64,000 nucleotides of DNA from a virus (lineage: Duplodnaviria; Caudoviricetes), in IMG/VR virus record IMGVR_UViG_3300022305_000561; one strand, given 5' to 3'. The notes under the pieces were generated by a model. It made no database searches. It was not told where the DNA came from and worked only from the letters and a program-made list of their open reading frames with translations. Shown one piece after another: positions 43,651-53,872 of the stretch. The stretch's first letter is position 1; each line of letters opens with the position of its first letter. The position numbers were made by a program, and so were the translations under genes.

Positions 43651-45645
43651 CTATGCTATAGCAAGAAAGATATAGGTTGCTGAAGTTACATTGATATTTG
43701 TTGCTGTGTTTTGATTAACTATGAAACCTGAAGCATCTGGATCAATTGAGTCGTCGGTTGTCACTTCTGCTGATGTAGAGTTCAGACTTAGATGTGGATC
43801 ATTGCCAGCAACAATACCTCTTGCTGTGTCAAATGTGAACCAATCCCCTGTAGAATCAGTTCTTTTTATGAGGACGAACCTCGCACCAGCAGAGAATCCA
43901 CAAGCGATTGCCTGAGTTGTACCATTACCTGTGTAGCTGCCTACTTTGGAAACACCAGCGCAGGTTGCAAAGAGGTAAGTAACATAAGTTGTTCCGTTGA
44001 CGTTTATTGTCCCGTTTGTCCCAACAGAAAAAACAGAAGCTGTTGGTTCAGCCAACCAATAAGACGTATCAATTGCCCCTGGAGAAAAGGCGTTGTTTAG
44101 CTCATTTACAGTAGCGTATCCAAGCGGCTCTGCGTACACAAACCAACCCCCAACGCCAGTGCGTCTTTTTCTAATCATTAATTGTGGTTTAACGGTTAAA
44201 TTATGATTTATGGTGTGGTCTGCGCCTGTGCCTGTATCGCAAACCACGTCAAAGAAGCCGGAAGCACGTTTGAAGAAATAATTTATGTAGGTAAATGTGT
44301 TCCAGTTGGTTCGATTGCTGGCAGCATTTGCACCAAGCGTTACCCCATCCATATCGTAGGACATGAGCGCGTCGGTATCAGCTAATTCTGCACCCGTGTT
44401 ACTAGAGAATAAACTCTTATTTGCCCCACGTAGGCGGTCGTAAGCAAGGTTCCCGTTATTGGCACCATTCCGCTGCTGAAACATCACCATATCTGGTGAA
44501 AACCCAACTCCAGCAACCGTAGCCGCAGCACCTGTACCCGTCCGAGCAATCGCATTAAACACCTTAGTCCCATCAGTCGGCACTTTCATCGGTCCTCTGC
44601 GGATGGCTACGTAGATGTACTCTGCAGCAGACATATTATTAGGAACTTGTTGAAACCCAGTAGCAGTGGCAATAACAAAATATCCAGTGTTATTTGCCTC
44701 GATATCAATTGCGTTAGCATACAATCTTTTCTGTCCAGAAACAGGTGACCCACCTTTTAACCCATCCCGCATAGAGTCATATAACATCCAATTAGTGTTG
44801 CCCGAAGTAGAACTAATGTTTTTCAAAAGAATATATTGAGGCTCCCATCCAAGCGTAATATCAACAGGTGTGGCACCACCTCCTGTGCTTGTAAACGACC
44901 CACACTGAACAATCCCATCAGCACTGGGGTTGTGGGCAAATAGATATGCTACGTAGGTTGTTCCATTTGAGTTTGTATATGGGATACTTTCATTTACACC
45001 CATTCCTTGAATGAGATATAAAGTTGTGGCGCTGGCTACAGATGCGTCACTGCCTTCATATATGGATGCCGTCGATGTTGTGTTTAAACCGAAAGTGATG
45101 CCTCCTGGACCATATCCCATAGCAAAGTTACCGTTCGATTTTCGTGCGGCAACCATCCAATCCCCACCGGAGTTCGTGGCTTTGATCATAACAAGACCAA
45201 CGTCACACCCTAGATTATGTGGGAGACGTCTCCCACCACCTCCTGTGCCATCCCCAGTCCAAGTCACTATATCAAAAAACTTAGCTTGCTTGCGGAATGA
45301 CCATGAGGCGTAGGTTGATGCATTAGTGTTATAAACTGAGCTATTGGATAGTGAAAACCCAGTCGAGGTAAAAGCTGTTAACCCTGTCGTCTCTATAGTC
45401 TGTCCGGCATTTGAACTTGTAGTAAGAGCGTTAGTTGCACCGCGTACTGTGTCAATTAACTTGTTGTCTGTTGCTCCACTTCTACCTTTGATCCATACCA
45501 TCCCGCCTTTACCAGCCAAATCAATCCCATTTGTAATATCTTGGCCTGGGCTGTTACCTGTATATAAATACGTACTAAACACATCCTCAACATACAATGG
45601 TGTACTAGCACCTGCAGCACTCATCACTATATTCTTAGCACTCAT
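43651..45645 (-). CDS. Tail fibre tip / receptor-binding protein with repeated beta domains
   Basis: Repeated FSTYLYTGN / FFDIVTWTGDG / KVGSYTGNG...YVAYLFA units. Confidence 0.75.
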   Translation of the reverse strand: MSAKNIVMSAAGASTPLYVEDVFSTYLYTGNSPGQDITNGIDLAGKGGMVWIKGRSGATDNKLIDTVRGATNALTTSSNAGQTIETTGLTAFTSTGFSLSNSSVYNTNASTYASWSFRKQAKFFDIVTWTGDGTGGGGRRLPHNLGCDVGLVMIKATNSGGDWMVAARKSNGNFAMGYGPGGITFGLNTTSTASIYEGSDASVASATTLYLIQGMGVNESIPYTNSNGTTYVAYLFAHNPSADGIVQCGSFTSTGGGATPVDITLGWEPQYILLKNISSTSGNTNWMLYDSMRDGLKGGSPVSGQKRLYANAIDIEANNTGYFVIATATGFQQVPNNMSAAEYIYVAIRRGPMKVPTDGTKVFNAIARTGTGAAATVAGVGFSPDMVMFQQRNGANNGNLAYDRLRGANKSLFSSNTGAELADTDALMSYDMDGVTLGANAASNRTNWNTFTYINYFFKRASGFFDVVCDTGTGADHTINHNLTVKPQLMIRKRRTGVGGWFVYAEPLGYATVNELNNAFSPGAIDTSYWLAEPTASVFSVGTNGTINVNGTTYVTYLFATCAGVSKVGSYTGNGTTQAIACGFSAGARFVLIKRTDSTGDWFTFDTARGIVAGNDPHLSLNSTSAEVTTDDSIDPDASGFIVNQNTATNINVTSATYIFLAIA

Positions 45646-46541
45646 TATTTGATGTCCTTAGCAAGAACCAACCCACTCCAAGTTGTTCCACCATCGTGCG
45701 TGAAGAATCCTAACACATCTCTTCCTGCAGAAGTCAATGTGGGAGCAGTGCCAGCTGCCCATTTCATACCAGACCACCAAGTGACGGCATATGCCCCACC
45801 ATTGGTCAAGTCGATGATGAAGGAAGCAACCGTACCAGTCACAGGAACATTCGACACAGTCAATGTTGATATGGCAGAGATAGTCTTGCTGAAATAGTTG
45901 CCCAAGGAAATGTCTATATTAAGAGCAGCTATTGCTACTTTAGTTTCTTTTAATGACACAACATTTAGTGCTGAAACAACAACATTATATGCTCCAGAAA
46001 AAGTAATATCTCCATTCATTACCCAACTTTTAGCATTAGCAGTATATATATTACCATTATTTAAGTACAATCCATAATTAGAAGATCCGCCTGTTGCATC
46101 ACCATATAAACCAACATTCAAACCACCAACATGAGTATCGTTTGAATATCCTCTTACACCTATAGCAGATCCAACATCTGTTGTAGCAGATACATGAGCC
46201 TCTCCAACAACACCACCAGATCTAGTAGTTGCACTGGTATAACCAACACCATAAAGTCCAATACCATAAACATTAGCATCGCTAGAGTGAGCAGTTGCTT
46301 CTGCCATCAACCCTATATTATGACTTTCACTATGCTGAATGCCAGATAATGTAGCAGAAATTACAACATTTGTGCTTGGAAATCTTGCAGCAGTTGCTTG
46401 AGCGCCTATTAATACCTTTTGAGAAGCATCAATTGCAATAGCAGATACACCATTTGTTTGGAGTTGTAGTATACCAGAAGCATCAGCAGATGTGGCAAGA
46501 CCACCTGCCCCAGTTGAGATTGCATTTATAGATGAAGCCAT
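45645..46541 (-). CDS. Tail fibre protein
   Basis: DASGILQLQTNG; C-terminal VTWWSGMKWAAGTAPTLTSAGRD adapter. Confidence 0.7.
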   Translation of the reverse strand: MASSINAISTGAGGLATSADASGILQLQTNGVSAIAIDASQKVLIGAQATAARFPSTNVVISATLSGIQHSESHNIGLMAEATAHSSDANVYGIGLYGVGYTSATTRSGGVVGEAHVSATTDVGSAIGVRGYSNDTHVGGLNVGLYGDATGGSSNYGLYLNNGNIYTANAKSWVMNGDITFSGAYNVVVSALNVVSLKETKVAIAALNIDISLGNYFSKTISAISTLTVSNVPVTGTVASFIIDLTNGGAYAVTWWSGMKWAAGTAPTLTSAGRDVLGFFTHDGGTTWSGLVLAKDIK

Positions 46542-46568
46542 ATTATTACCCTATTCTGATATTTGTCA

Positions 46569-47027
46569 TTATAGCACAACCCAACGTGAGCCAGATGGAA
46601 TTGTAACAGTAGCACCAACACCGATGGTCATTGGTCCAGTACACATTGCATTTTTATTTGATGATATTGTGTAGCTTGATGTAATGGTTTTGCTATTCTC
46701 AAAGAACACAGAATCGCCAACGCCACCAGTTGCACCACCACCTATTGATCCCCAAGCAGATCCGCTATATCCCTCGAACTGATTCAAGGTGCTATTGTAT
46801 CGCATATGACCAGTTAATGGAGTTAATGGTCTATCTGAAGTTAATCCGACAGGCAACTTTAGTGCGGTTACTGATGTATTTGATAGATTGCCAGATACGA
46901 TCAGATTACCTGAGATCGTACCGCCAGTTGCATCTAGTTTGTCGTTATTTAAATTTGAAAAGTTAGCATCTACTTCAGCAACAGTAAGAGGAGTTCCTTT
47001 CACTTGCCTTAGAACTATTGTTGACAT
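46569..47027 (-). CDS. Tail fibre proximal protein
   Basis: LRQVKGTPLT..EVDANF, LPVG.T.DRP, RYNSTLNQFEGY. Confidence 0.7.
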   Translation of the reverse strand: MSTIVLRQVKGTPLTVAEVDANFSNLNNDKLDATGGTISGNLIVSGNLSNTSVTALKLPVGLTSDRPLTPLTGHMRYNSTLNQFEGYSGSAWGSIGGGATGGVGDSVFFENSKTITSSYTISSNKNAMCTGPMTIGVGATVTIPSGSRWVVL

Positions 47028-47233
47028 TATGATTCCTTATTTAGTAATTTGGTGAGTAACATTTTGATATCATCCATATCTTTCTTTATAGTATTTATGT
47101 CAGATTCCATATCCACTAGTTTGGATGTAGTTTTCTTCTGAGCCATATACTTAGCATACCCTGATTTATCAACATCCACCACCAATCCAGAATTAGTCTT
47201 TGCTAGATTGGGGTGATTTTCGACTTGATTCAT
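47027..47233 (-). CDS. Small coiled-coil structural protein
   Basis: VENHPNL...IK.DM.DIK.LL..LL; typical follower of DUF4815-like genes. Confidence 0.6.
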   Translation of the reverse strand: MNQVENHPNLAKTNSGLVVDVDKSGYAKYMAQKKTTSKLVDMESDINTIKKDMDDIKMLLTKLLNKES

Positions 47234-50200
47234 TATGCTAATGCCACAATTCTAAAGTCTCTCATTCTTGGAATTTTATTAGTGTTGGTTGATGTATATA
47301 CAATCTTAACTGATATTGTATCAAATGGGGACAACCCTAATAGATGAATACTGCCCTCATTCAATTCTGTTTTGGTATCACTTGATACTAAGGTAGAATC
47401 AAAAGGTGCTTTGATATAAGGTAAGTTTTTAGCTATTGAACTGTCGCTTGCATTTGATATTTTGTAGTATATTTCTATATCAGCTACAGGAGGTTTATTG
47501 TATATGAAAAACAACTTAAATGATGTAGATGAGTTTGCAAATGTTAGTTCTTTTGAAACATATTTAGCTAAAGTTGTGCTGTTGGTTGGAGTTATTTCAT
47601 CTCTGTATCTTCTTCCCCATAACATAGTCAAAGCAGATGGACTTTCTGTTACAAGGGCTTCACCCACAGTAAAATATGAATTGTCGGCTGCTATACTTGT
47701 TATTAGATGGATACCATTATTAGCTGCATTAGAACATCCTGTTACACTAACATAAGATCCAACAATAAATGTAGATATATTAGATTGAATACCAGCATTA
47801 GCAGTATTGAAGCTGTTGTTAGTTGAGCTTACAGTTATTAAGCTTGAAGATGAAGCAACGCTATCAAAATCAATATCAGATACGTTATATGCATTTGATG
47901 GATTGTCTATTCTATTTCCAGTAGTCACAACACTCAATCGGTGAGTATCAATCATTGGTGATAAGAAATCACTAGTTGATGATAAAGATGCATTTAGTTT
48001 AAACGATGCCCCATTAGTAGATTCATTATCTGGACTCATAACTAATATTGTTTCGTTTGTATCAATAGCAAAATTATTGGGTAATGGTGCTAATGTACTA
48101 TACACAGTTGGTGAAGTATTACTTCTACCTTGATATGTATATTTGATATCAGTACCAATAGGTTTTAACTCTTGTATGATAGTTTGTATGTTATCAACCC
48201 TTACATTTTTAGAAATGGATAATGATGGGTCAATAATATTACCTGAGAACAATGCTGCAGAAGCAACAGTAACAGTAAATGTATCTAAGTCACAAGCAAC
48301 TACAGTGAATGTTCCTGTTAGTTCTGCACTAGTTAGACCATAATATGGAGCTTCAGAAGCAATACCTGTTCCAGTTCCAACTGCTGTTGCAACAAACTTA
48401 ACCCCTAGTGTATTTGCACTTGCTCCTATAGAAGTCCAAGTTGTTGTTCCTACAGTGGTTATGACATAAGTCTTTCCTGATACAATAGAAGTTGCTCCAA
48501 TAGCAACATTTGATGCCGTAATATTTGCAAATGATACAGGTTGACCAATAGAGAATCCGTGATTCATTAAATATGTTCGAACTGTAGTAGCCCCAGCATA
48601 TGTTTGTATAGCACCATAAGGAGTTGCTTTATTTTTTAATGGGGAATTCCTAAATGCAATATTTGGATTTACATCAGCATTAAACTTAGCTCTATATAAA
48701 TTAAATGTTAAATCTTGATTTTGATCTTCTGTCCAAGTAGTAGCATTTTGAGATTTGAATAAAGTACCCATCAATGGTTGAGATGATACCATGCCCATAC
48801 CATTAATAGTGCTATCTTTCATATAAGAAGTCCAAACATTATATTTGAACGAGTCGCTCTTAATGAAAATACAATAGTCTGTCAATCCTTTTAGGAATAC
48901 TGGTGCTTTAAAGTTGATTCTAGTAGGAGTATCTGCTGCTGCTACTTCTTTACCGTTTGCATCAATTACAATATTTGGTGATATCTGAACATCATAAGCA
49001 GCAACTGTAGTTTTGCTCAAATCTACTTCGTTCGGTCCTGGGAAACCATTTACTAAATCTATTATAGAAACATAGACAGGTAATGTAGTATCTTTTGATG
49101 AAAAAAACAAATCCAACCCAGTAACGAAAACTCCAGTTTCTTCGTGAACAAAAAAACTATATGCTAATGGTTCTACGTGAGGCATTTGATTTAATTGTGC
49201 TACAGTGGTTAATCCTGAAATAGTTTGTACCGTAGCAGCTGAAACGAGAACTTGACTAGAAACGTTTGCATAAGTGGTTTGTGATGTAGTATATGCCTCT
49301 TGGCGACTAGAAACATTTCTTATGGTAGTAATAGTTGGTTGTATTGTGTTTAATGTGCCACTTGAAGTAAAATTAACCGAACCCCAAGAATCTGCTTGTA
49401 AATCTGAAGAAGTAGAAGTAGAGAATGTTAGTTTTTTTAAACCAGCTGTGAATTTATCAACACTATCATTAGTAATATTAAACAACCCCATCAGATTTCC
49501 ATATGGTGATGCTATTGCTAAACTTGGGGTATTGATAGAATATATTGTACCAACACTAGATGAGATTGACCCAGTTACCGTATGTCCTGTACTAAATGTA
49601 CCTATAACATTAACAACAAATAGTTTTAAGTAATATGTGCTACCTATGATGGGTGCCATCTCATAACCAATAAGAACCCCAGTTGCTCCAGAGGTATTGT
49701 CTAAGATGATATCGCCAGTAGACAAGGTATTTACTGGATTGTTTGCTATAGTTCTTGCAACAGCAGATATTCCTGATCCAACATCAGTGGTATTGTCAAA
49801 TACAACAGCACTAGATGCTAAAGATATGATGATCTCTGTTGCGGGTATGATGTGGCTGGTAACCTCAATTCCATCAAAATAACTATTGAATGTAGCATTA
49901 GGTTTAAATCCTGAACCTTTGTATGACACATAAATGCTTCTCATATAAGGAATCACACTTTGTGTAGTAGATGATGATCTTTGGTCTGTATATGTTATAT
50001 CCTGAACAGTTCTATACTGAGTCACTGAAGTTGTAGTAGGAACAGAAGTAGTTACTGTGCTATATACAGCAGGAACTGGAACATTTGTAGTAGTAGGTTT
50101 TTGCCAAGTGACATTAATTGTAGCGTTATCGTGCCCAGCATCTGGGTTATTTGGTGGAGTGTATGTTACATTTGAACTTACTTGATAATCAGTGCCATTT

Positions 50201-50490
50201 GCTACGTTGTATTGGCTGGTTGCAGATGCAAAAAAAGCATCTGTATACGCCTGTATCTCTTGTCTTACTGTACCGTCATTGATGGTAGATTGAACAGCAG
50301 CAGTGTTGTCGTTTGCAGCAACTACCATCAACGACTGATAAGCATCACCTATCCAAGCCGCGTTAGTTTCTACACCTTGTCTTAATGTTTCCCATTCTAT
50401 CGGCAATCCAGCAGCGGTTGCAGATGCTATTAGTGCATCTAGAACTGCTGTATCTTTTACTTCTTGTGAATATCTATCAACTATGTCCAT
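47233..50490 (-). CDS. Large baseplate/virion protein, C-terminal part of a VrlC/DUF4815-like protein
   Basis: VIPYMRS, EPLAYSF, LDLFFSSKD, LFKSQNATTWT.DQ..DL.F.LYRA.F, C-terminal PRMRDFRIVALA. Confidence 0.7.
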   Translation of the reverse strand: MDIVDRYSQEVKDTAVLDALIASATAAGLPIEWETLRQGVETNAAWIGDAYQSLMVVAANDNTAAVQSTINDGTVRQEIQAYTDAFFASATSQYNVANGTDYQVSSNVTYTPPNNPDAGHDNATINVTWQKPTTTNVPVPAVYSTVTTSVPTTTSVTQYRTVQDITYTDQRSSSTTQSVIPYMRSIYVSYKGSGFKPNATFNSYFDGIEVTSHIIPATEIIISLASSAVVFDNTTDVGSGISAVARTIANNPVNTLSTGDIILDNTSGATGVLIGYEMAPIIGSTYYLKLFVVNVIGTFSTGHTVTGSISSSVGTIYSINTPSLAIASPYGNLMGLFNITNDSVDKFTAGLKKLTFSTSTSSDLQADSWGSVNFTSSGTLNTIQPTITTIRNVSSRQEAYTTSQTTYANVSSQVLVSAATVQTISGLTTVAQLNQMPHVEPLAYSFFVHEETGVFVTGLDLFFSSKDTTLPVYVSIIDLVNGFPGPNEVDLSKTTVAAYDVQISPNIVIDANGKEVAAADTPTRINFKAPVFLKGLTDYCIFIKSDSFKYNVWTSYMKDSTINGMGMVSSQPLMGTLFKSQNATTWTEDQNQDLTFNLYRAKFNADVNPNIAFRNSPLKNKATPYGAIQTYAGATTVRTYLMNHGFSIGQPVSFANITASNVAIGATSIVSGKTYVITTVGTTTWTSIGASANTLGVKFVATAVGTGTGIASEAPYYGLTSAELTGTFTVVACDLDTFTVTVASAALFSGNIIDPSLSISKNVRVDNIQTIIQELKPIGTDIKYTYQGRSNTSPTVYSTLAPLPNNFAIDTNETILVMSPDNESTNGASFKLNASLSSTSDFLSPMIDTHRLSVVTTGNRIDNPSNAYNVSDIDFDSVASSSSLITVSSTNNSFNTANAGIQSNISTFIVGSYVSVTGCSNAANNGIHLITSIAADNSYFTVGEALVTESPSALTMLWGRRYRDEITPTNSTTLAKYVSKELTFANSSTSFKLFFIYNKPPVADIEIYYKISNASDSSIAKNLPYIKAPFDSTLVSSDTKTELNEGSIHLLGLSPFDTISVKIVYTSTNTNKIPRMRDFRIVALA

Positions 50491-50499
50491 TTTTATATC

Positions 50500-53400
50500 C
50501 TATGCTGTTTTATTTATGGTTGGTAGAGTGATTGTGTCATACCAAACATCGCTACTTGGGGCAAGAGCTAAGTTGCCATAAAATGTAGCTATAGCAAAAG
50601 GATTAACATTTTCGACTCTTGAAGCAAACGGATTATTTATGTAGCTAACTTCTGTATATGGTAAGGTAATTATACCATCATTTGTCACATAGTTGTTGGC
50701 AGTTCTTTCTGAATCTAACACATTAACTTCTGATAACAAGACAGACTCTTGATAGTGTGGAGGATACAACTCGCCCGATGAACTATTTATAAAGCAATTA
50801 TAATCAACATTAGCCACATCTCCTGTGCCGTGATCCGAAAAGGATTCAACAATAAAACCATTTTTATACATATCAACGCCATCTTGATCGGCAATTGACA
50901 AATTGGTTGTTTGTTGTTCAATTAAGGAGAGCGATACATAATATTCAAGGTTTGATATACGCTTATCGAGTTTAGCAATATCCTTCATTGTATATCTAGC
51001 ATTAGATACTGGCGATAATACAACCGTTCTATTAACATCAGCACCATATGGATAGTTAGCTATGATATATAACAACATTGAGGTGTTAGGTATATTTGGT
51101 GGGATAGGTTTCAGCCCAGAAGTACCGTTCAATAATGTAATAGATTTATTAGGGTTAAGGACAACAACATCAACTCTAGGTAAGTAGTATGAATAGTCAA
51201 CATTGATGTTATATCCACTCTTCAAGATTCCAGCAGAGGCAGTATCAAATCCAATTCCGTTATCGTTCCTTACTGGTCTAAAATCTAATGTGTCTCTTAA
51301 TTTTGCTTCTATATTCCCATAAGGGATAGCGTTAGTATACGAATCTACATTAAAATAATCGCCTGCACCATGACTAAAGTATTCAAAAGAGATTCGGATA
51401 GAACCTATAATTTTAATCTCTGGATTAATTCTACTAATGTTACCTAAACCATAAATCAATCCAGTTTGACCAGAATCAAACCTAAATAAGTTTGTTATAT
51501 CAACATTGGCTGGATTTGAAGAATTGATGGCACCAAAAGCATAGGCTTGTTTTACTGCTATTATTCTATAACAATCTGCCTTACCTAATGATATATTAGA
51601 CATAGTTGCAGCAGCAGAAGTTGTCATATCTATAGATAATATAGTTTTTGTTTTTGTTCTTGGTGAGGCAGTTTTAACAACAGCAGCAAATACTGTATAT
51701 GATGTTGATGGGGTAAGTCCATTAGCATATATTGAGGTATTGCTATTTACTGTATATGATGATGGAACTTGAACCGACCCTGAAGTATTATTGACAAACA
51801 TAAAGTTTGTGCTGTTGCTAGTTGGCTCAAAAGATTCGAAAGGATTAGTCAATGACATATCAACACGACCAGCAACGCTGCTTGTGATATTACCTAAAGC
51901 TCTTGTAATATTATAACTTATGTCTATAGTAGCATCATCAGAACCTTTTACTGACCTGATGAACTTATTGGGTAAACCAACAACTGCACTATTATTTACA
52001 TTATTATTAACATTAGCACGAGTTACGACAGCAATACTAGCAGTTGTTGTCAATGAAGCGGAAATTGTAATAGAATTATTGCTTACTATAGTCAAAACTT
52101 TGAAGTAATTGATACTATTAACTGTGATATAATCATTCACTGCCAATTCCGTTGCAAACAGAGTACCAATTCCTGTTACTGTAGTGCCAGCAGATGTAAC
52201 TGATCCTGTGAGGGTAATATTGGCTGGAACTATATCACAAGTAAAATCAAGACCTGATGTGTTATTACAATATATCTGCTTTGCGTTTTTCTCGAATGTG
52301 TATCCTGAAAGCATAGCAATATCATAAACATACAATCTATAATTTGCAGAACCGCTGTCATGTTCTAACCATCTGACTGTAGCAGTACCAACCTTAGTTC
52401 CTACTGCTGTTCCGCCAGATACTGTATAATTATTATACAAATCAACTGATACAAAATCTGTCCCCAACCCTAATGGAGTTGAATACATATTTCTAACTAA
52501 TATGTAAGTGCCATCATATACATTAACAGTGACATTATTTGAACGGGAAAAATCTCTTGCTTTGGTATTTGATAATCTTAGGATACCTGTCTTTGTATAT
52601 TCATATCCTTGAACAAAAGCAGAACCTTCTGATAACTCAACAACATATTTTGTGCTATCCCCATCAGGATATAATCCATTATTAATAAAAACAGATTCTG
52701 CATATTCCCACTTTGCAGTTCCATCTATAAATGGACTAGAAAATGTTGTAGTATATGAGGGAGAAGATGATCCAGAAGTTCCTGCTTGAACGCACTTGTA
52801 TCGATATATGATACCTCCAACAAGAGCATATACTACATCATCCATTTGATAAGGTGTGCTTGGCAACCTAATCCCTAAAGAATTCTTTCTATGTTCTCTC
52901 AATGCTGCATTGAAGTTTTTAACTATATAATCTCCAGACTCATCATAAGTTCTTTTAGCTAGAGTTACTTCTAATTCATTATATGAAGGCATATTCTGTG
53001 ATATTATAACCTCACCAGAATTTATAGACAATAGTTCAACGAAATTGGCGGGTGGTGTAGTATAACTAACCATCTCAAAAGAAGTTGATATTGAATATCT
53101 ATCTGCACCAGGAGCAGAATAGTTTGGAGTACCTTGAGCATTGTCTAATAAAGATTCGTCAGTAGTATATTCAATGATATTCTCAGCCCAAACTATACCA
53201 ACCTTTGCTGTGGGTTGTAAAGATGATAAAGAACTAGAATTAACATACTTTGCCACAACTATATTAGTATATGCAACATCTACAAAATATCCATTGATAT
53301 AATAGATACCAGAACCTATAGAAGCAATAGATCCTTTACCAGTAGAATTTGTTGTTGATGCTAATACTTCATATATGGTTTCATTACCTGTGGCAATATT

Positions 53401-53835
53401 AGATATTGATTCACTATTTAGAAATACAGAACTTGTTGAGCCAGATGAAATATATCTTAGATATAATGTAATTGGGTCTGTGGCGGTGGATGGTTCTGCG
53501 TGTATGACAACAGCAGTAACCCCTGAAGTAGCTCCCTTTACTACAGTTCCTTCTAATAAACTTGCAAAGCTTGCAACAGTATTAGATGATGAGTTGGTAT
53601 TTTGAATAGTTACATAAGACATATCATTATTAAACAATATGTTTCCTGGAACGACAACGGATCCTTCTTTAAATAGATGTTTGCCAATACTATTTACTTG
53701 ATTTTGTAAAATAGATTGAGTTTGATTCAACTCTCTAGTTTGGACAGAATAACCAGGTTTAAAAAGAACCTTTTGAAAATTCTTTGATGCTTCAAAATCA
53801 TCATAGTAAGGTTCTACGTTAAAATTCATTGTCAT
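50500..53835 (-). CDS. Large baseplate/virion protein, N-terminal part of a VrlC/DUF4815-like protein
   Basis: NVEPYYDDF...VLFKPG..VQTRELNQTQSILQNQ, APGADRY, RYTMKDI..L..RI..LEYY. Confidence 0.75.
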   Translation of the reverse strand: MTMNFNVEPYYDDFEASKNFQKVLFKPGYSVQTRELNQTQSILQNQVNSIGKHLFKEGSVVVPGNILFNNDMSYVTIQNTNSSSNTVASFASLLEGTVVKGATSGVTAVVIHAEPSTATDPITLYLRYISSGSTSSVFLNSESISNIATGNETIYEVLASTTNSTGKGSIASIGSGIYYINGYFVDVAYTNIVVAKYVNSSSLSSLQPTAKVGIVWAENIIEYTTDESLLDNAQGTPNYSAPGADRYSISTSFEMVSYTTPPANFVELLSINSGEVIISQNMPSYNELEVTLAKRTYDESGDYIVKNFNAALREHRKNSLGIRLPSTPYQMDDVVYALVGGIIYRYKCVQAGTSGSSSPSYTTTFSSPFIDGTAKWEYAESVFINNGLYPDGDSTKYVVELSEGSAFVQGYEYTKTGILRLSNTKARDFSRSNNVTVNVYDGTYILVRNMYSTPLGLGTDFVSVDLYNNYTVSGGTAVGTKVGTATVRWLEHDSGSANYRLYVYDIAMLSGYTFEKNAKQIYCNNTSGLDFTCDIVPANITLTGSVTSAGTTVTGIGTLFATELAVNDYITVNSINYFKVLTIVSNNSITISASLTTTASIAVVTRANVNNNVNNSAVVGLPNKFIRSVKGSDDATIDISYNITRALGNITSSVAGRVDMSLTNPFESFEPTSNSTNFMFVNNTSGSVQVPSSYTVNSNTSIYANGLTPSTSYTVFAAVVKTASPRTKTKTILSIDMTTSAAATMSNISLGKADCYRIIAVKQAYAFGAINSSNPANVDITNLFRFDSGQTGLIYGLGNISRINPEIKIIGSIRISFEYFSHGAGDYFNVDSYTNAIPYGNIEAKLRDTLDFRPVRNDNGIGFDTASAGILKSGYNINVDYSYYLPRVDVVVLNPNKSITLLNGTSGLKPIPPNIPNTSMLLYIIANYPYGADVNRTVVLSPVSNARYTMKDIAKLDKRISNLEYYVSLSLIEQQTTNLSIADQDGVDMYKNGFIVESFSDHGTGDVANVDYNCFINSSSGELYPPHYQESVLLSEVNVLDSERTANNYVTNDGIITLPYTEVSYINNPFASRVENVNPFAIATFYGNLALAPSSDVWYDTITLPTINKTA

Positions 53836-53872
53836 AACTTTATACTCTTATCATTATTGTTATAGTTATTTA

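Noticed and set aside
43651-45645. Diversity-generating retroelement target
   Set aside because: No reverse transcriptase or template/variable repeat pair seen in the window.
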